Shown: positions 19,528 to 27,202 of the stretch, one piece after another
Layout of the letters: every line of letters starts with the position of its first letter
How positions within the stretch are numbered: position 1 is the stretch's first letter
NCBI GenBank assembly: GCA_040289515.1
Contig: PSLI01000020.1
Location: 1-35,986, forward strand
Length of the DNA: 35,986 bases
Direction: 5' to 3'
Source: Candidatus Sysuimicrobiota bacterium
GTDB lineage: Bacteria > Sysuimicrobiota > Sysuimicrobiia > Sysuimicrobiales > Sysuimicrobiaceae
Made by a program: the position numbers and the translations under genes
Notes under the pieces: generated by a model
The model's input: only the letters and a program-made list of their open reading frames with translations
Database searches by the model: none
Told to the model about the DNA's origin: nothing

Positions 19528-20517
19528 GTGGGAAGACGGGCGTTCATCATCCCTGTGGTCCTGGCGTTTGGGGTGCTGTCCTCTGGGAGCGGTGGGTCCC
19601 GGTCTGAGGGAAGCCGGAACCCCTTCGGCGTCATATTGCCCGCTCCGTTGGCGCGCTCCCCTCGCGGGGTGGAGGTGGCCAGGACCCTGGGGGTTGCTTA
19701 CATCCGGCCGTCTTCCATTTTTCTCGAACGGTGGAACGGGACGTGTGTCGAATGCGACCTGGCGCGGGGTGCGGGCTTGAAGCTTGTGCTGACCGTGCGG
19801 AACCAGGGACCGGGGGCCACGGCTCCGCCCCGCGACTTGGCGGCTTACCGCAGCAGGCTGGGGCAGGTGCTGGACCGGACGCGGCCGGCACTCCTCGTGG
19901 TGGAGAACGAGGAGAATTCCGGCCTGTTCTACTCGGGGACGCCGGAGCAATACGGCGCCGAACTGGCCGCGGCCTGCGAGGTGGCGCACCAGAAGGGCAT
20001 TCTCTGCACGAACGGAGGGCTGGTGAGCACCCTGGTGGCGCTGCTGGTCCACGACCACTACCTGCAGACGGGGCAGGCGGCCAAAGCGCAAAGCTTTGCA
20101 TCCCGGGCGTTCCCAGCGGAACAGCGCAGGCGGCTGGCCTCGGGCGCGGCCCGGGAGCAGATCCGAAAGGGGCAGGCCCTTCTGCGTACGTACCGGGCGG
20201 CCGGGGCCGACTTGGTGAACTTCCACTGGTACGTGGCCGATACGGAGGCGCTGGAAGAAGCTGTGACGTTTCTGCGGTCGCAAACAGGTCTACCTGCCCT
20301 CACGAACGAAGTGGGCCAGTGGGACGACGACCCCGGCTGGACCACGACGGTGATGAGTAAGATCGTGGCGTTGGAACTGCCCGTGGCCGTGTGGTTTGGC
20401 CTGGATGGGCCCAAGGCCCGGGGGCTGGTAAACGCGGACGGAAGCTTACGGCCCACGGGGGAGGCGTTCGCACGGTTTTGCCGGCAGAACTTCCCCGCTC
20501 GCCCGGACACCCGGTAA
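19528..20517 (+). CDS. Secreted hypothetical protein, possible clan GH-A-like TIM barrel
   Basis: N-terminal signal-like MGRRAFIIPVVLAFGVL; ENEEN, VNFHWY and TNEVG segments spaced like acid/base, beta6 and nucleophile strands; C-terminal GL...DG..RP. Confidence 0.6.
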   Translation: MGRRAFIIPVVLAFGVLSSGSGGSRSEGSRNPFGVILPAPLARSPRGVEVARTLGVAYIRPSSIFLERWNGTCVECDLARGAGLKLVLTVRNQGPGATAPPRDLAAYRSRLGQVLDRTRPALLVVENEENSGLFYSGTPEQYGAELAAACEVAHQKGILCTNGGLVSTLVALLVHDHYLQTGQAAKAQSFASRAFPAEQRRRLASGAAREQIRKGQALLRTYRAAGADLVNFHWYVADTEALEEAVTFLRSQTGLPALTNEVGQWDDDPGWTTTVMSKIVALELPVAVWFGLDGPKARGLVNADGSLRPTGEAFARFCRQNFPARPDTR

Positions 20518-20673
20518 ATGGGGTCGCCTTCGGAGGGTGTCCCGGACCTAGTTGAAAAATTGAGGGAGCAGAACCCGGTGCGGTGAATGGTAGCAAGCGA
20601 GAAAATGGGCTTGCCCCGGTTTCGTGGGCACCCGGAGGCTGGAGGCGACAGTCTCGGAAAGGAGTGATAGCCG

Positions 20674-20808
20674 ATGTTTGCACGGGACGGGGCTAGGAGC
20701 CTTGTCGTAGCTGGATTTTTGATTTTGATTTTCCACTCGGCCCCGGGGGGGGCGGGGCCGGTGGATGCCCACGGCGCGGAGCACGTCCTGTCCGTAGGGG
20801 GCGGCTAA
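20674..20808 (+). CDS. 44-aa small ORF with signal-peptide-like N-terminus (possible truncated secreted protein)
   Basis: Strong RBS GAAAGGAG; MFARDGARSLVVAGFLILIFHSAPGGAGPVDAHGAEHVLSVGGG*. Confidence 0.4.
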   Translation: MFARDGARSLVVAGFLILIFHSAPGGAGPVDAHGAEHVLSVGGG

Positions 20809-20887
20809 CCAGCCGCAGAGGGCCCGCTTGCGGGGCCCTGCGCGGCCCGTCACTATGCGGGGGGAACTTGGACGCCCGGGGACGCAG

Positions 20888-21691
20888 ATGTCGCGTCCGA
20901 CCGTTCCGGATCCTTCCGCGCCCGAGGGCAAGCGGGCGTACGTGCGGTCCATGTTCGCTGCCATCGCGCCCCGCTACGACCTCCTGAACAGCCTCCTGAG
21001 CTTCGGGCTGCACCATCGGTGGAAGCGGTACGCGGCCCGGCTGGCCACCGTGCCCCCCGGCGGGGCGGCCCTGGACGTGTGCTGCGGCACCGGAGACCTC
21101 GCGTTCCTGCTGTGGGAGCAGGCGGGACCGGGGGGGCGTACCTTGGGCGTGGATTTCGCCGCCCCCATGGTGGCCCTGGCGCGGCGGCGGGCCCGCGGCC
21201 GGAGCGGCTTGTGGTTCGTGCAGGCGGACGCGGAAGCCCTGCCGTTCCCGGAGGGGTGTTTCCACGCGGTCACGGTGGGCTTCGGGGTGCGGAACGTGGC
21301 GCGCCTGGAGCGGGCTCTGGCGGAGATGTACCGGGTGCTGCGGCCCGCAGGACGCCTGGTGGTGCTGGAGTTCAGCCAGCCCCGCAACCGCCTGTTCGCA
21401 GCCCTGTACGACTTCTACTCGTACACCGCCGTTCCGTGGCTGGGCCGCCGGCTGTCTCGTCATCCCGACGCCTACTGGTACCTGCCCACCTCCATCCGCG
21501 CCTGGTCGGACCCCGAGACGTTCGGCCACCTGCTGGCCGAAGCTGGGTTCTGTCGGGTCCGCCACCATAGCCTTCTGGCCGGCGCGGTGGCGGTGCACGT
21601 GGCGGAAAAACCATCCCGGGAGCGCCAGGAGCTGCCGGGAGGCGGGGCGAACACCGTCCCGAGCGGGCTTTCGGGTGAGGTGACGCGGTGA
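20888..21691 (+). CDS. menG: Demethylmenaquinone methyltransferase (MenG/UbiE family)
   Basis: [62 protein letters not shown]. Confidence 0.92.
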   Translation: MSRPTVPDPSAPEGKRAYVRSMFAAIAPRYDLLNSLLSFGLHHRWKRYAARLATVPPGGAALDVCCGTGDLAFLLWEQAGPGGRTLGVDFAAPMVALARRRARGRSGLWFVQADAEALPFPEGCFHAVTVGFGVRNVARLERALAEMYRVLRPAGRLVVLEFSQPRNRLFAALYDFYSYTAVPWLGRRLSRHPDAYWYLPTSIRAWSDPETFGHLLAEAGFCRVRHHSLLAGAVAVHVAEKPSRERQELPGGGANTVPSGLSGEVTR

Positions 21692-21963
21692 GCGAGCCGC
21701 ACGAGCAGACGGGCGTGTACCGCCTGGGCGAGGAGCTGCCCGGCGTGTTCGAGATCCTCCGGGAGGTGTACCGGGCCCTCCAGGAGCGCGGGTACAGCCC
21801 CAAGGATCAGCTGGTGGGGTACCTGATCTCGGGCGACCCCACGTACATCACCAGCCACCGGGGCGCGCGGTCCTTGATCCGTAAGGTGGAGCGGGACCGG
21901 ATCCTGGAGGAACTGGTGCGCTTCTACGCAGAGCAGCGCATCCGCCCTGCCCTCGAGGGGTAG
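21688..21963 (+). CDS. ireB: IreB/ReoM family regulatory phosphoprotein (UPF0297/DUF965)
   Basis: [45 protein letters not shown]-terminal Thr8 in EQTGVY. Confidence 0.93.
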   Translation: MSEPHEQTGVYRLGEELPGVFEILREVYRALQERGYSPKDQLVGYLISGDPTYITSHRGARSLIRKVERDRILEELVRFYAEQRIRPALEG

Positions 21964-22010
21964 GGACATGCGCGGGGCGAGGAAGGCCATCCAAGAGGAG
22001 CGGTCCGGCG

Positions 22011-23294
22011 GTGGGTGAGGTCCTGCTGGTGCGCGGCGGGTGCCGGCTGGAGGGTGCGGTGAAGGTGGCCGGTGCCGTGAACACCGTGCTGCCCATCATG
22101 GCGGCGGCGGCCCTGGCGGCGGACGTGTCCATCATCGAGAACGTCCCCCGCTGCCGCGACGTGCAGGTCATGGCAGATATCCTGCGTTGCCTGGGATGCG
22201 AGGTGCACCTGGCGGACGGTGGCCGCCTAGCGGTGGACGCCCGCTGCCTCATGAGCACGCACGCACCCGCGGAGCTGTGCGGCCGGATCCGGGGCTCGTA
22301 CTACGCGGCGGGGATGCTGCTGGGCCGTGTGGGGCAGTTCGAGGTGGGGCTCCCCGGGGGCGACTCCATCGGAGGGCGGCCCGTGGACTTCCACCTGAAG
22401 GGGTTTTCCGCCCTGGGGGCCCAGGTGGTTACCGAGCGCGGGTACATGGTGGGCCGCGCCAGGCACCTCCGGGGCGTGGAGTTCTTGGTCCCTCGCCGCA
22501 GCGTGGGGACCACCATCAACTTGATGCTGGCCGCGGTGCTGGCGGAGGGGACCACGGTGCTGCGCAACGCGGCCCTGGAGCCCGAGGTCACCGACACCGC
22601 CGTGTTTTTGAACCTCATGGGGGCCCGCGTCCGGGGAGCGGGAACGCCCACCGTGGTGGTGGAGGGCGTCCGCCGGCTGCACGGGGCCCGGTACGCGGTG
22701 ATCCCGGACCGCATCGAGGCGGGCACGTACCTGGTGGCGGGGGCGGCCACCGGAGGGGACGTGGAGGTGGACGCCCTGATCCCCGAGCACGTGACCGCCC
22801 TGCTGAGCAAGCTGGCGGAGGCGGGTTGCCAGGTGGACGCCAACACGGACCGGGTGCGAGTGAGGGCCCCCCGACGCCTTCGGGCCGTGGACATTGACAC
22901 TGCGCCGTTTCCGGGGTTCGCGACGGACCTGCACCCGCCCTTCGTGGCGCTGCTGGCTACCGCGGAGGGGGAGGCGGTGGTGCGGGAGACCATCTACGAC
23001 GGCCGGATGGGCTACGCCTACGAGCTGGTGAAGATGGGAGCTGACATCCGGGTGGACGGCAATACCGCGTACGTGCGGGGCGTGGAACGGCTCACAGGGG
23101 CCCCCGTCCAGGCCCTGGACATCCGGGCCGGCGCCGCGGTGGTGATCGCGGGGCTGGTGGCAGAGGGGGAGACGCGCATCGTTGGCGTGGAGCACCTGGA
23201 CCGCAAGTACGAGGGGCTGGAGCGCAAGCTCCAGGCCGTGGGCGCGGAGGTGCGGCGGGTCTCCGAGACGGAGGTGGCCGTGGCGGGCACTTGA
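22011..23294 (+). CDS. murA: UDP-N-acetylglucosamine 1-carboxyvinyltransferase-like protein with active-site substitutions
   Basis: [64 protein letters not shown]. Confidence 0.93.
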   Translation: MGEVLLVRGGCRLEGAVKVAGAVNTVLPIMAAAALAADVSIIENVPRCRDVQVMADILRCLGCEVHLADGGRLAVDARCLMSTHAPAELCGRIRGSYYAAGMLLGRVGQFEVGLPGGDSIGGRPVDFHLKGFSALGAQVVTERGYMVGRARHLRGVEFLVPRRSVGTTINLMLAAVLAEGTTVLRNAALEPEVTDTAVFLNLMGARVRGAGTPTVVVEGVRRLHGARYAVIPDRIEAGTYLVAGAATGGDVEVDALIPEHVTALLSKLAEAGCQVDANTDRVRVRAPRRLRAVDIDTAPFPGFATDLHPPFVALLATAEGEAVVRETIYDGRMGYAYELVKMGADIRVDGNTAYVRGVERLTGAPVQALDIRAGAAVVIAGLVAEGETRIVGVEHLDRKYEGLERKLQAVGAEVRRVSETEVAVAGT

Positions 23295-23365
23295 GGGCGC
23301 CGCCGCGGTGTGCGAGAATCGCAGGGGGCCGCGGTCGGCCTTCATTCCAGTCCAGGAGCGAAGCG

Positions 23366-23959
23366 GTGTCCTCGGGCGGACCGGAAGTCACGCGGGTGGT
23401 GCGGATCCCCGCCGACGGCATGAGGGTGGCTCCCGTGGAGCAGCTGGTGGAGGTGCTCCAGCGGCTGCCGGGCGGTCAGATCTTGGTCACCAGCATCGAG
23501 AACGTCCTGAACTGGGCCCGGGCTCGGTCCATCTGGCCGCTGACCTTCGGCTTAGCCTGCTGCGCCATGGAGATGATGCAGGCCATGGGCACGCGGTTCG
23601 ACCTGGACCGCTTCGGCGTCATCCCCCGGGCCACCCCCCGACAGGCGGACCTCATCATCGTGGCGGGTCGGTGCACCATCAAGATGGCGCCTGTGGTCCG
23701 GCGGCTGTGGGAACAGATGCCGGAGCCCAAGTACGTGATCAGCATGGGCAGCTGTGCCACCTGCGGGGGGCCGTTTTACTACGACAACTACTCCATCCTG
23801 AAGGGGATCGACACCGTGATCCCCGTGGACGTGTACGTGCCGGGTTGCCCGCCCCGCCCGGAGGCCCTCATCGAAGGGGTGCTGAAGCTCCAGGAGAAGA
23901 TCCAGAGGGAACGTCGCCTCACGCGCCGGCTGCAGGAGGCGGCGTCCGCGGGAGCGTAG
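23366..23959 (+). CDS. nuoB: NADH-quinone oxidoreductase subunit B
   Basis: [63 protein letters not shown]. Confidence 0.96.
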   Translation: MSSGGPEVTRVVRIPADGMRVAPVEQLVEVLQRLPGGQILVTSIENVLNWARARSIWPLTFGLACCAMEMMQAMGTRFDLDRFGVIPRATPRQADLIIVAGRCTIKMAPVVRRLWEQMPEPKYVISMGSCATCGGPFYYDNYSILKGIDTVIPVDVYVPGCPPRPEALIEGVLKLQEKIQRERRLTRRLQEAASAGA

Positions 23960-23960
23960 G

Positions 23961-25070
23961 ATGCGGTCCCTGCGTACCGAGGAGCTCATCCTGAACATGG
24001 GTCCCCAGCATCCCAGCACCCACGGGGTGCTGCGGCTGCTGGTGACCCTGGACGGCGAGAACATCGTGGACGTCCAGCCGGACATCGGCTACCTCCACTC
24101 CTCCGTGGAGAAGATGATGGAGCACCGCAACTACACCCAGAACATCGCCCTGGCGGATCGCGGCATGGACTACCTGGCGGCCCTGGTGAACGAGATGGCG
24201 GTGATCCGGGCTGCGGAGACCCTGGCGGAGGTGCCGGTGCCCGAGCGGGCCCGCTACCTCCGGACCATCTTCATGGAACTGCAGCGGCTGGCGAGCCACC
24301 TCCTGTGGCTGGGGACGTACGGGATCGACCTGGGGGCCTTCACCGCCTTCCTGTGGTGCATGCGGGAGCGGGAGCTCGTAATGGACCTGTTCGAGGCGGC
24401 CACGGGGGGCCGCCTTCACCACGTGTATTTCCGGCTCGGAGGGGTCAACGAGGACGTGCCCGCGGGCTGGACGGATCGGTGCCGGGAGTTCTGCCAGTAC
24501 TTGCTGAACCGGCTGGACGAATACCACAAGCTCCTCACGGGCAACCCCATCTGGCAGGCGCGGACCCAGGGGGTGGGCGTGCTGACCCGGGAGCAGGCCA
24601 TCGCCTTCGGCGCCTGCGGCCCCGTGGCGCGGGCCTCGGGGCTGGCGTGGGACGTGCGCAAGAGCCACCCCTACGAAGCGTATGACCGCGTGGAATTCCA
24701 GATTCCCGTTTACCCGGAGGGGGACTGCTACGCCCGCTACCTGGTCCGCATGGACGAGATGCGGGAGAGCACCCGCATCATCCTGCAGTGCCTGGACCAG
24801 ATGCCCGCCGGCGAGGTGCGGGCGCCCCGGGTGCCCCTGAACCTGAAGGTGCCGCCCGGGGAGGTGTACACGCGGGTGGAGTCGCCTCGGGGAGACCTGG
24901 GGATCCACCTGGTGAGCACCGGAGGGGAGACGCCCTGGCGGGTGAAGATCCGGGCCCCCTCCTTCTCCAACCTGCACGCCCTCACGGAGATCATGCGGGG
25001 CTGGAAAGTGGCGGACATCATTGCCATCCTGGGCAGCATCGACATCGTGCTGGCGGACGTGGACCGCTGA
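23961..25070 (+). CDS. nuoD: NADH-quinone oxidoreductase subunit D
   Basis: LNMGPQHPSTHGVLRL, IGYLH..EK, GDCYARY.VR..E, ESPRG, KIRAPSF, D.VLADVDR; no NiFe CxxC motifs. Confidence 0.96.
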   Translation: MRSLRTEELILNMGPQHPSTHGVLRLLVTLDGENIVDVQPDIGYLHSSVEKMMEHRNYTQNIALADRGMDYLAALVNEMAVIRAAETLAEVPVPERARYLRTIFMELQRLASHLLWLGTYGIDLGAFTAFLWCMRERELVMDLFEAATGGRLHHVYFRLGGVNEDVPAGWTDRCREFCQYLLNRLDEYHKLLTGNPIWQARTQGVGVLTREQAIAFGACGPVARASGLAWDVRKSHPYEAYDRVEFQIPVYPEGDCYARYLVRMDEMRESTRIILQCLDQMPAGEVRAPRVPLNLKVPPGEVYTRVESPRGDLGIHLVSTGGETPWRVKIRAPSFSNLHALTEIMRGWKVADIIAILGSIDIVLADVDR

Positions 25071-25080
25071 GGAAGAAGGC

Positions 25081-25545
25081 ATGCCCAACCTGCTGCAGCG
25101 CACCGCGGAAGCCGTCCAGGGGCTGGTCACAGGCCTGGGGATTACCTTCCAGAACCTGGTCCGCCCCAAGGTGACCCTCCTGTACCCCTTGGAGAAGTCC
25201 AACGTGTCCCCGCGCTGGCACGGGCTCCTGGCGCTTCCCGTGGACACCGAGACGGGCAACGACAAGTGCATCATCTGCTTCCAGTGCGAGCGCATCTGCC
25301 CCAGCCGGTGCATCCACATCGAGGCCACCGGCAAGGGCAAGGAGCGGGTCCTCACGCGGTTCGACATTGAGATGGACAAGTGCCAGTACTGCGGGCTGTG
25401 CGTGGAGGTGTGCCCCACGGAGGCCATCGTGTTCATCCCTCATTACGAGGCCAGCACCTACAACCGTGCCAACCTCCTGTACACCCTGGAGGACCTGCAC
25501 CGCGCGGCTCCCAAGGAGCCTGTGGCGAGGGGGATCCTGCGATGA
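25081..25545 (+). CDS. nuoI: NADH-quinone oxidoreductase subunit I (2x[4Fe-4S])
   Basis: VTLLYP.EK, CIICFQCERICP, CQYCGLCVEVCPTEAI. Confidence 0.94.
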   Translation: MPNLLQRTAEAVQGLVTGLGITFQNLVRPKVTLLYPLEKSNVSPRWHGLLALPVDTETGNDKCIICFQCERICPSRCIHIEATGKGKERVLTRFDIEMDKCQYCGLCVEVCPTEAIVFIPHYEASTYNRANLLYTLEDLHRAAPKEPVARGILR

Positions 25546-26231
25546 CGCCGAGCCGCAACCCCGCGGGTGGCTTCTTTCCGCCGGAGCTGGCGGCCCGGCT
25601 GCGGGAGCGCTTCCCGCAGGTGCGGGACGCCGCGGAGGCGGCCCGAGAGGCGCTGGAGGCCTTCCACCGGGAGCAGGAGGAACGGCAGCGGCGCTACCAG
25701 GAGGAGGTGGAGCGGGCCAAGGCGGAGGGCAAGCCCCCCCCGCGACCCCCGCGGAAGGAGGAGCCCGCCGTTCCCCGGTACCGCACGCCCACCTTCGAGG
25801 TACCGCGGGAGGTGTTCCGGCCCGTCATGGAGTTTCTGCGGGACGACCCCTCGTTCCGCATGGATTACCTGTCCTTCGCCAGCGCCATCGACTGGAAGGA
25901 CCGCATGGAGTGCACCTACCACCTGTGGTCCACGGTGCACAACCACGAGCTGGTGATCAAGGTGCCCGTGGACCGGGAAGATCCGCGCATCCCAACGGTG
26001 AGCGACCTGTGGCGGAGTGCGGAGTGGCACGAGCGGGAGACGTACGACCTGTTCGGAGTGGTGTACGAGGGACACCCGGACCTGCGCCGGATCCTCCTCA
26101 CGGAGGACTGGAAGGGCCACCCCCTGCGCAAGGACTACGTGTACGAGGACCCCGACTGGCTGGTAGAGCTGGCGAAGATCCGGCAGAGCGAGGTCGCGGG
26201 GGTGGAGCCGCCTGTGGGCGAGCGCGGCTAA
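25542..26231 (+). CDS. nuoC: NADH-quinone oxidoreductase subunit C with N-terminal charged insertion
   Basis: IPTVSDLW.SAEWHERETYDLFGV.YEGHPDLRRILL.EDW.GHPLRKDY. Confidence 0.95.
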   Translation: MTPSRNPAGGFFPPELAARLRERFPQVRDAAEAAREALEAFHREQEERQRRYQEEVERAKAEGKPPPRPPRKEEPAVPRYRTPTFEVPREVFRPVMEFLRDDPSFRMDYLSFASAIDWKDRMECTYHLWSTVHNHELVIKVPVDREDPRIPTVSDLWRSAEWHERETYDLFGVVYEGHPDLRRILLTEDWKGHPLRKDYVYEDPDWLVELAKIRQSEVAGVEPPVGERG

Positions 26232-26234
26232 CTC

Positions 26235-26315
26235 TTAGTGCAGCCACAGGTCCAGGATCCGCTCCGTGGGCTGCTCCGCCGGTGTCGGCAGCCCCGCTGC
26301 CACCACCCGTGCCAT
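26235..26315 (-). pseudogene. 26-codon stub resembling the N-terminus of a tyrosine recombinase
   Basis: RBS GGGAGGTGA, then MARVVAAGLPTPAEQPTERILDLWLH*; recalled similarity to the '..LWLHGRS..T.RAY' start of XerC/D-like integrases; truncated at the nuoC junction. Confidence 0.45.
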
Positions 26316-26364
26316 CTCCCATCACCTCCCACGCCGGGCGCAAGGAGCAGAGGGAGGTGCGATT

Positions 26365-26900
26365 ATGAGGGTTGCCGCTACCCTCATCCTCGCCGCCTTG
26401 CTGGTAGCCACGGGGTGCGGGGAGACGGTAACGCCCCGGAAGGTCGGCGAATCCGGAGCTACTCCTTCTCCGCAGCAGCAACCCAGACCACCTCAGAAGT
26501 TCAAGGTCGGCGACGTTATTAAGATCGGTCAGCCCCGGTTCACGGTCCACGGTGTGCACGCGGATAAGGGCAACGAGTTTCTGTGGCCACCCCAGGGCAA
26601 GCGCTGGATCGTGGTGGACGCCACCCTCGAGAATCTCAGCGATAAACCGACGGCCATTAGCTCGCTGGTCATGTTTGCGCTGACTGACGCGGACGGGCGC
26701 CGCTACAACGTTACCCTGGGACCGGAGTTGAGGGGCCAGCTGGGCGGGGAACTTGCACCCGGCAGCAAGATGCGCGGCGAGGTCGCCTTCGAGGTCCCAA
26801 GGATGCGAAGGGTCTAGAGCTGATCTTCGACCCAAACGTCTTGGGCTTTGGCCAGGCCATCGTGGTACTCCCACAGCGAATTCGCATCCCTGGCCGGTGA
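26365..26900 (+). pseudogene. DUF4352-family lipoprotein with a 1-nt frameshift near the C-terminus
   Basis: Lipobox LVATGC; FKVGD.I, G.R.IVVD.T.EN, F.L.DADG..Y, GELAPG.K.RG.VAFEVP. The natural continuation KDAKGLELIFDPNVLGFGQAIVVL.. lies in the -1 frame from 26799 to TGA 26898-26900; the in-frame stop is at 26817. Confidence 0.75.
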
Positions 26901-26930
26901 AACTGCGCCAGGAGAAGGGTTCTAGGCCGC

Positions 26931-26951
26931 GGTGTGCGAATGGGTGTGCGA
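26931..26951. repeat. Direct repeat GGTGTGCGA x2
   Basis: Copies at 26931-26939 and 26943-26951. Confidence 0.8.
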
Positions 26952-26988
26952 GCTTTCGCGGGCGGACCCGGAGCGGGTGCCCGGCGCT

Positions 26989-27010
26989 TTGTGGGAATCT
27001 TGTGGGAATC
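26989..27010. repeat. Perfect tandem repeat TTGTGGGAATC x2
   Basis: Copies at 26989-26999 and 27000-27010. Confidence 0.9.
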
Positions 27011-27052
27011 CGGGCGAACACCGGCGGACATGGTGGACGCTTCCAGGCGCGG

Positions 27053-27076
27053 AAGGCCCGGAAAACCGGGCTTTTT
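27053..27076 (+). terminator. Putative intrinsic terminator
   Basis: AAGGCCCGG-AAAA-CCGGGC followed by TTTTT. Confidence 0.6.
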
Positions 27077-27132
27077 GCACGGCGCCGGACCCGGGCGGAC
27101 GATGGGCCGGTATCTCTATACTTTGCAACTTT

Positions 27133-27202
27133 TTGGGGGCCCCGATCAATCGCCCTGATCCAACCCGGGCCCCCAAGAAAATCGCGAGATTTTCTGGGTT
27201 GG
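27133..27202. repeat. Nested/interleaved inverted-repeat element
   Basis: TTGGGGGCCC(27133-42)/GGGCCCCCAA(27167-76); GATCA/TGATC; AGAAAATC-GCGA-GATTTTCT(27176-95); CCAACCC(27160-66)/GGGTTGG(27196-202). Confidence 0.75.

Noticed and set aside
18588..19607. 339-aa ORF and 266-aa ORF (18673-19473) taken as single genes
   Set aside because: Both are chimeric read-throughs created by the HEPN frameshifts; the real MNT starts at 19009
20518..20670. Riboswitch (TGGGCAC resembles part of c-di-GMP-II)
   Set aside because: The remaining consensus elements and helices could not be identified
23366..26231. Group 4 [NiFe] hydrogenase
   Set aside because: The large subunit lacks both CxxC Ni-binding motifs; the small subunit has the adjacent CC of NuoB
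26931..27010. CRISPR array
   Set aside because: Repeats are only 9-11 bp, two copies each, with no spacers and no cas genes
27105..27135. dif site
   Set aside because: No TTATG-type XerD arm and no 11-6-11 symmetry
18565..27200. One large genomic island from the tRNA to the 27 kb repeats
   Set aside because: No duplicate of the tRNA 3' end found (GGGCCCCCAA at 27167 is only a loose match), and menG-nuoC have host-like codon usage
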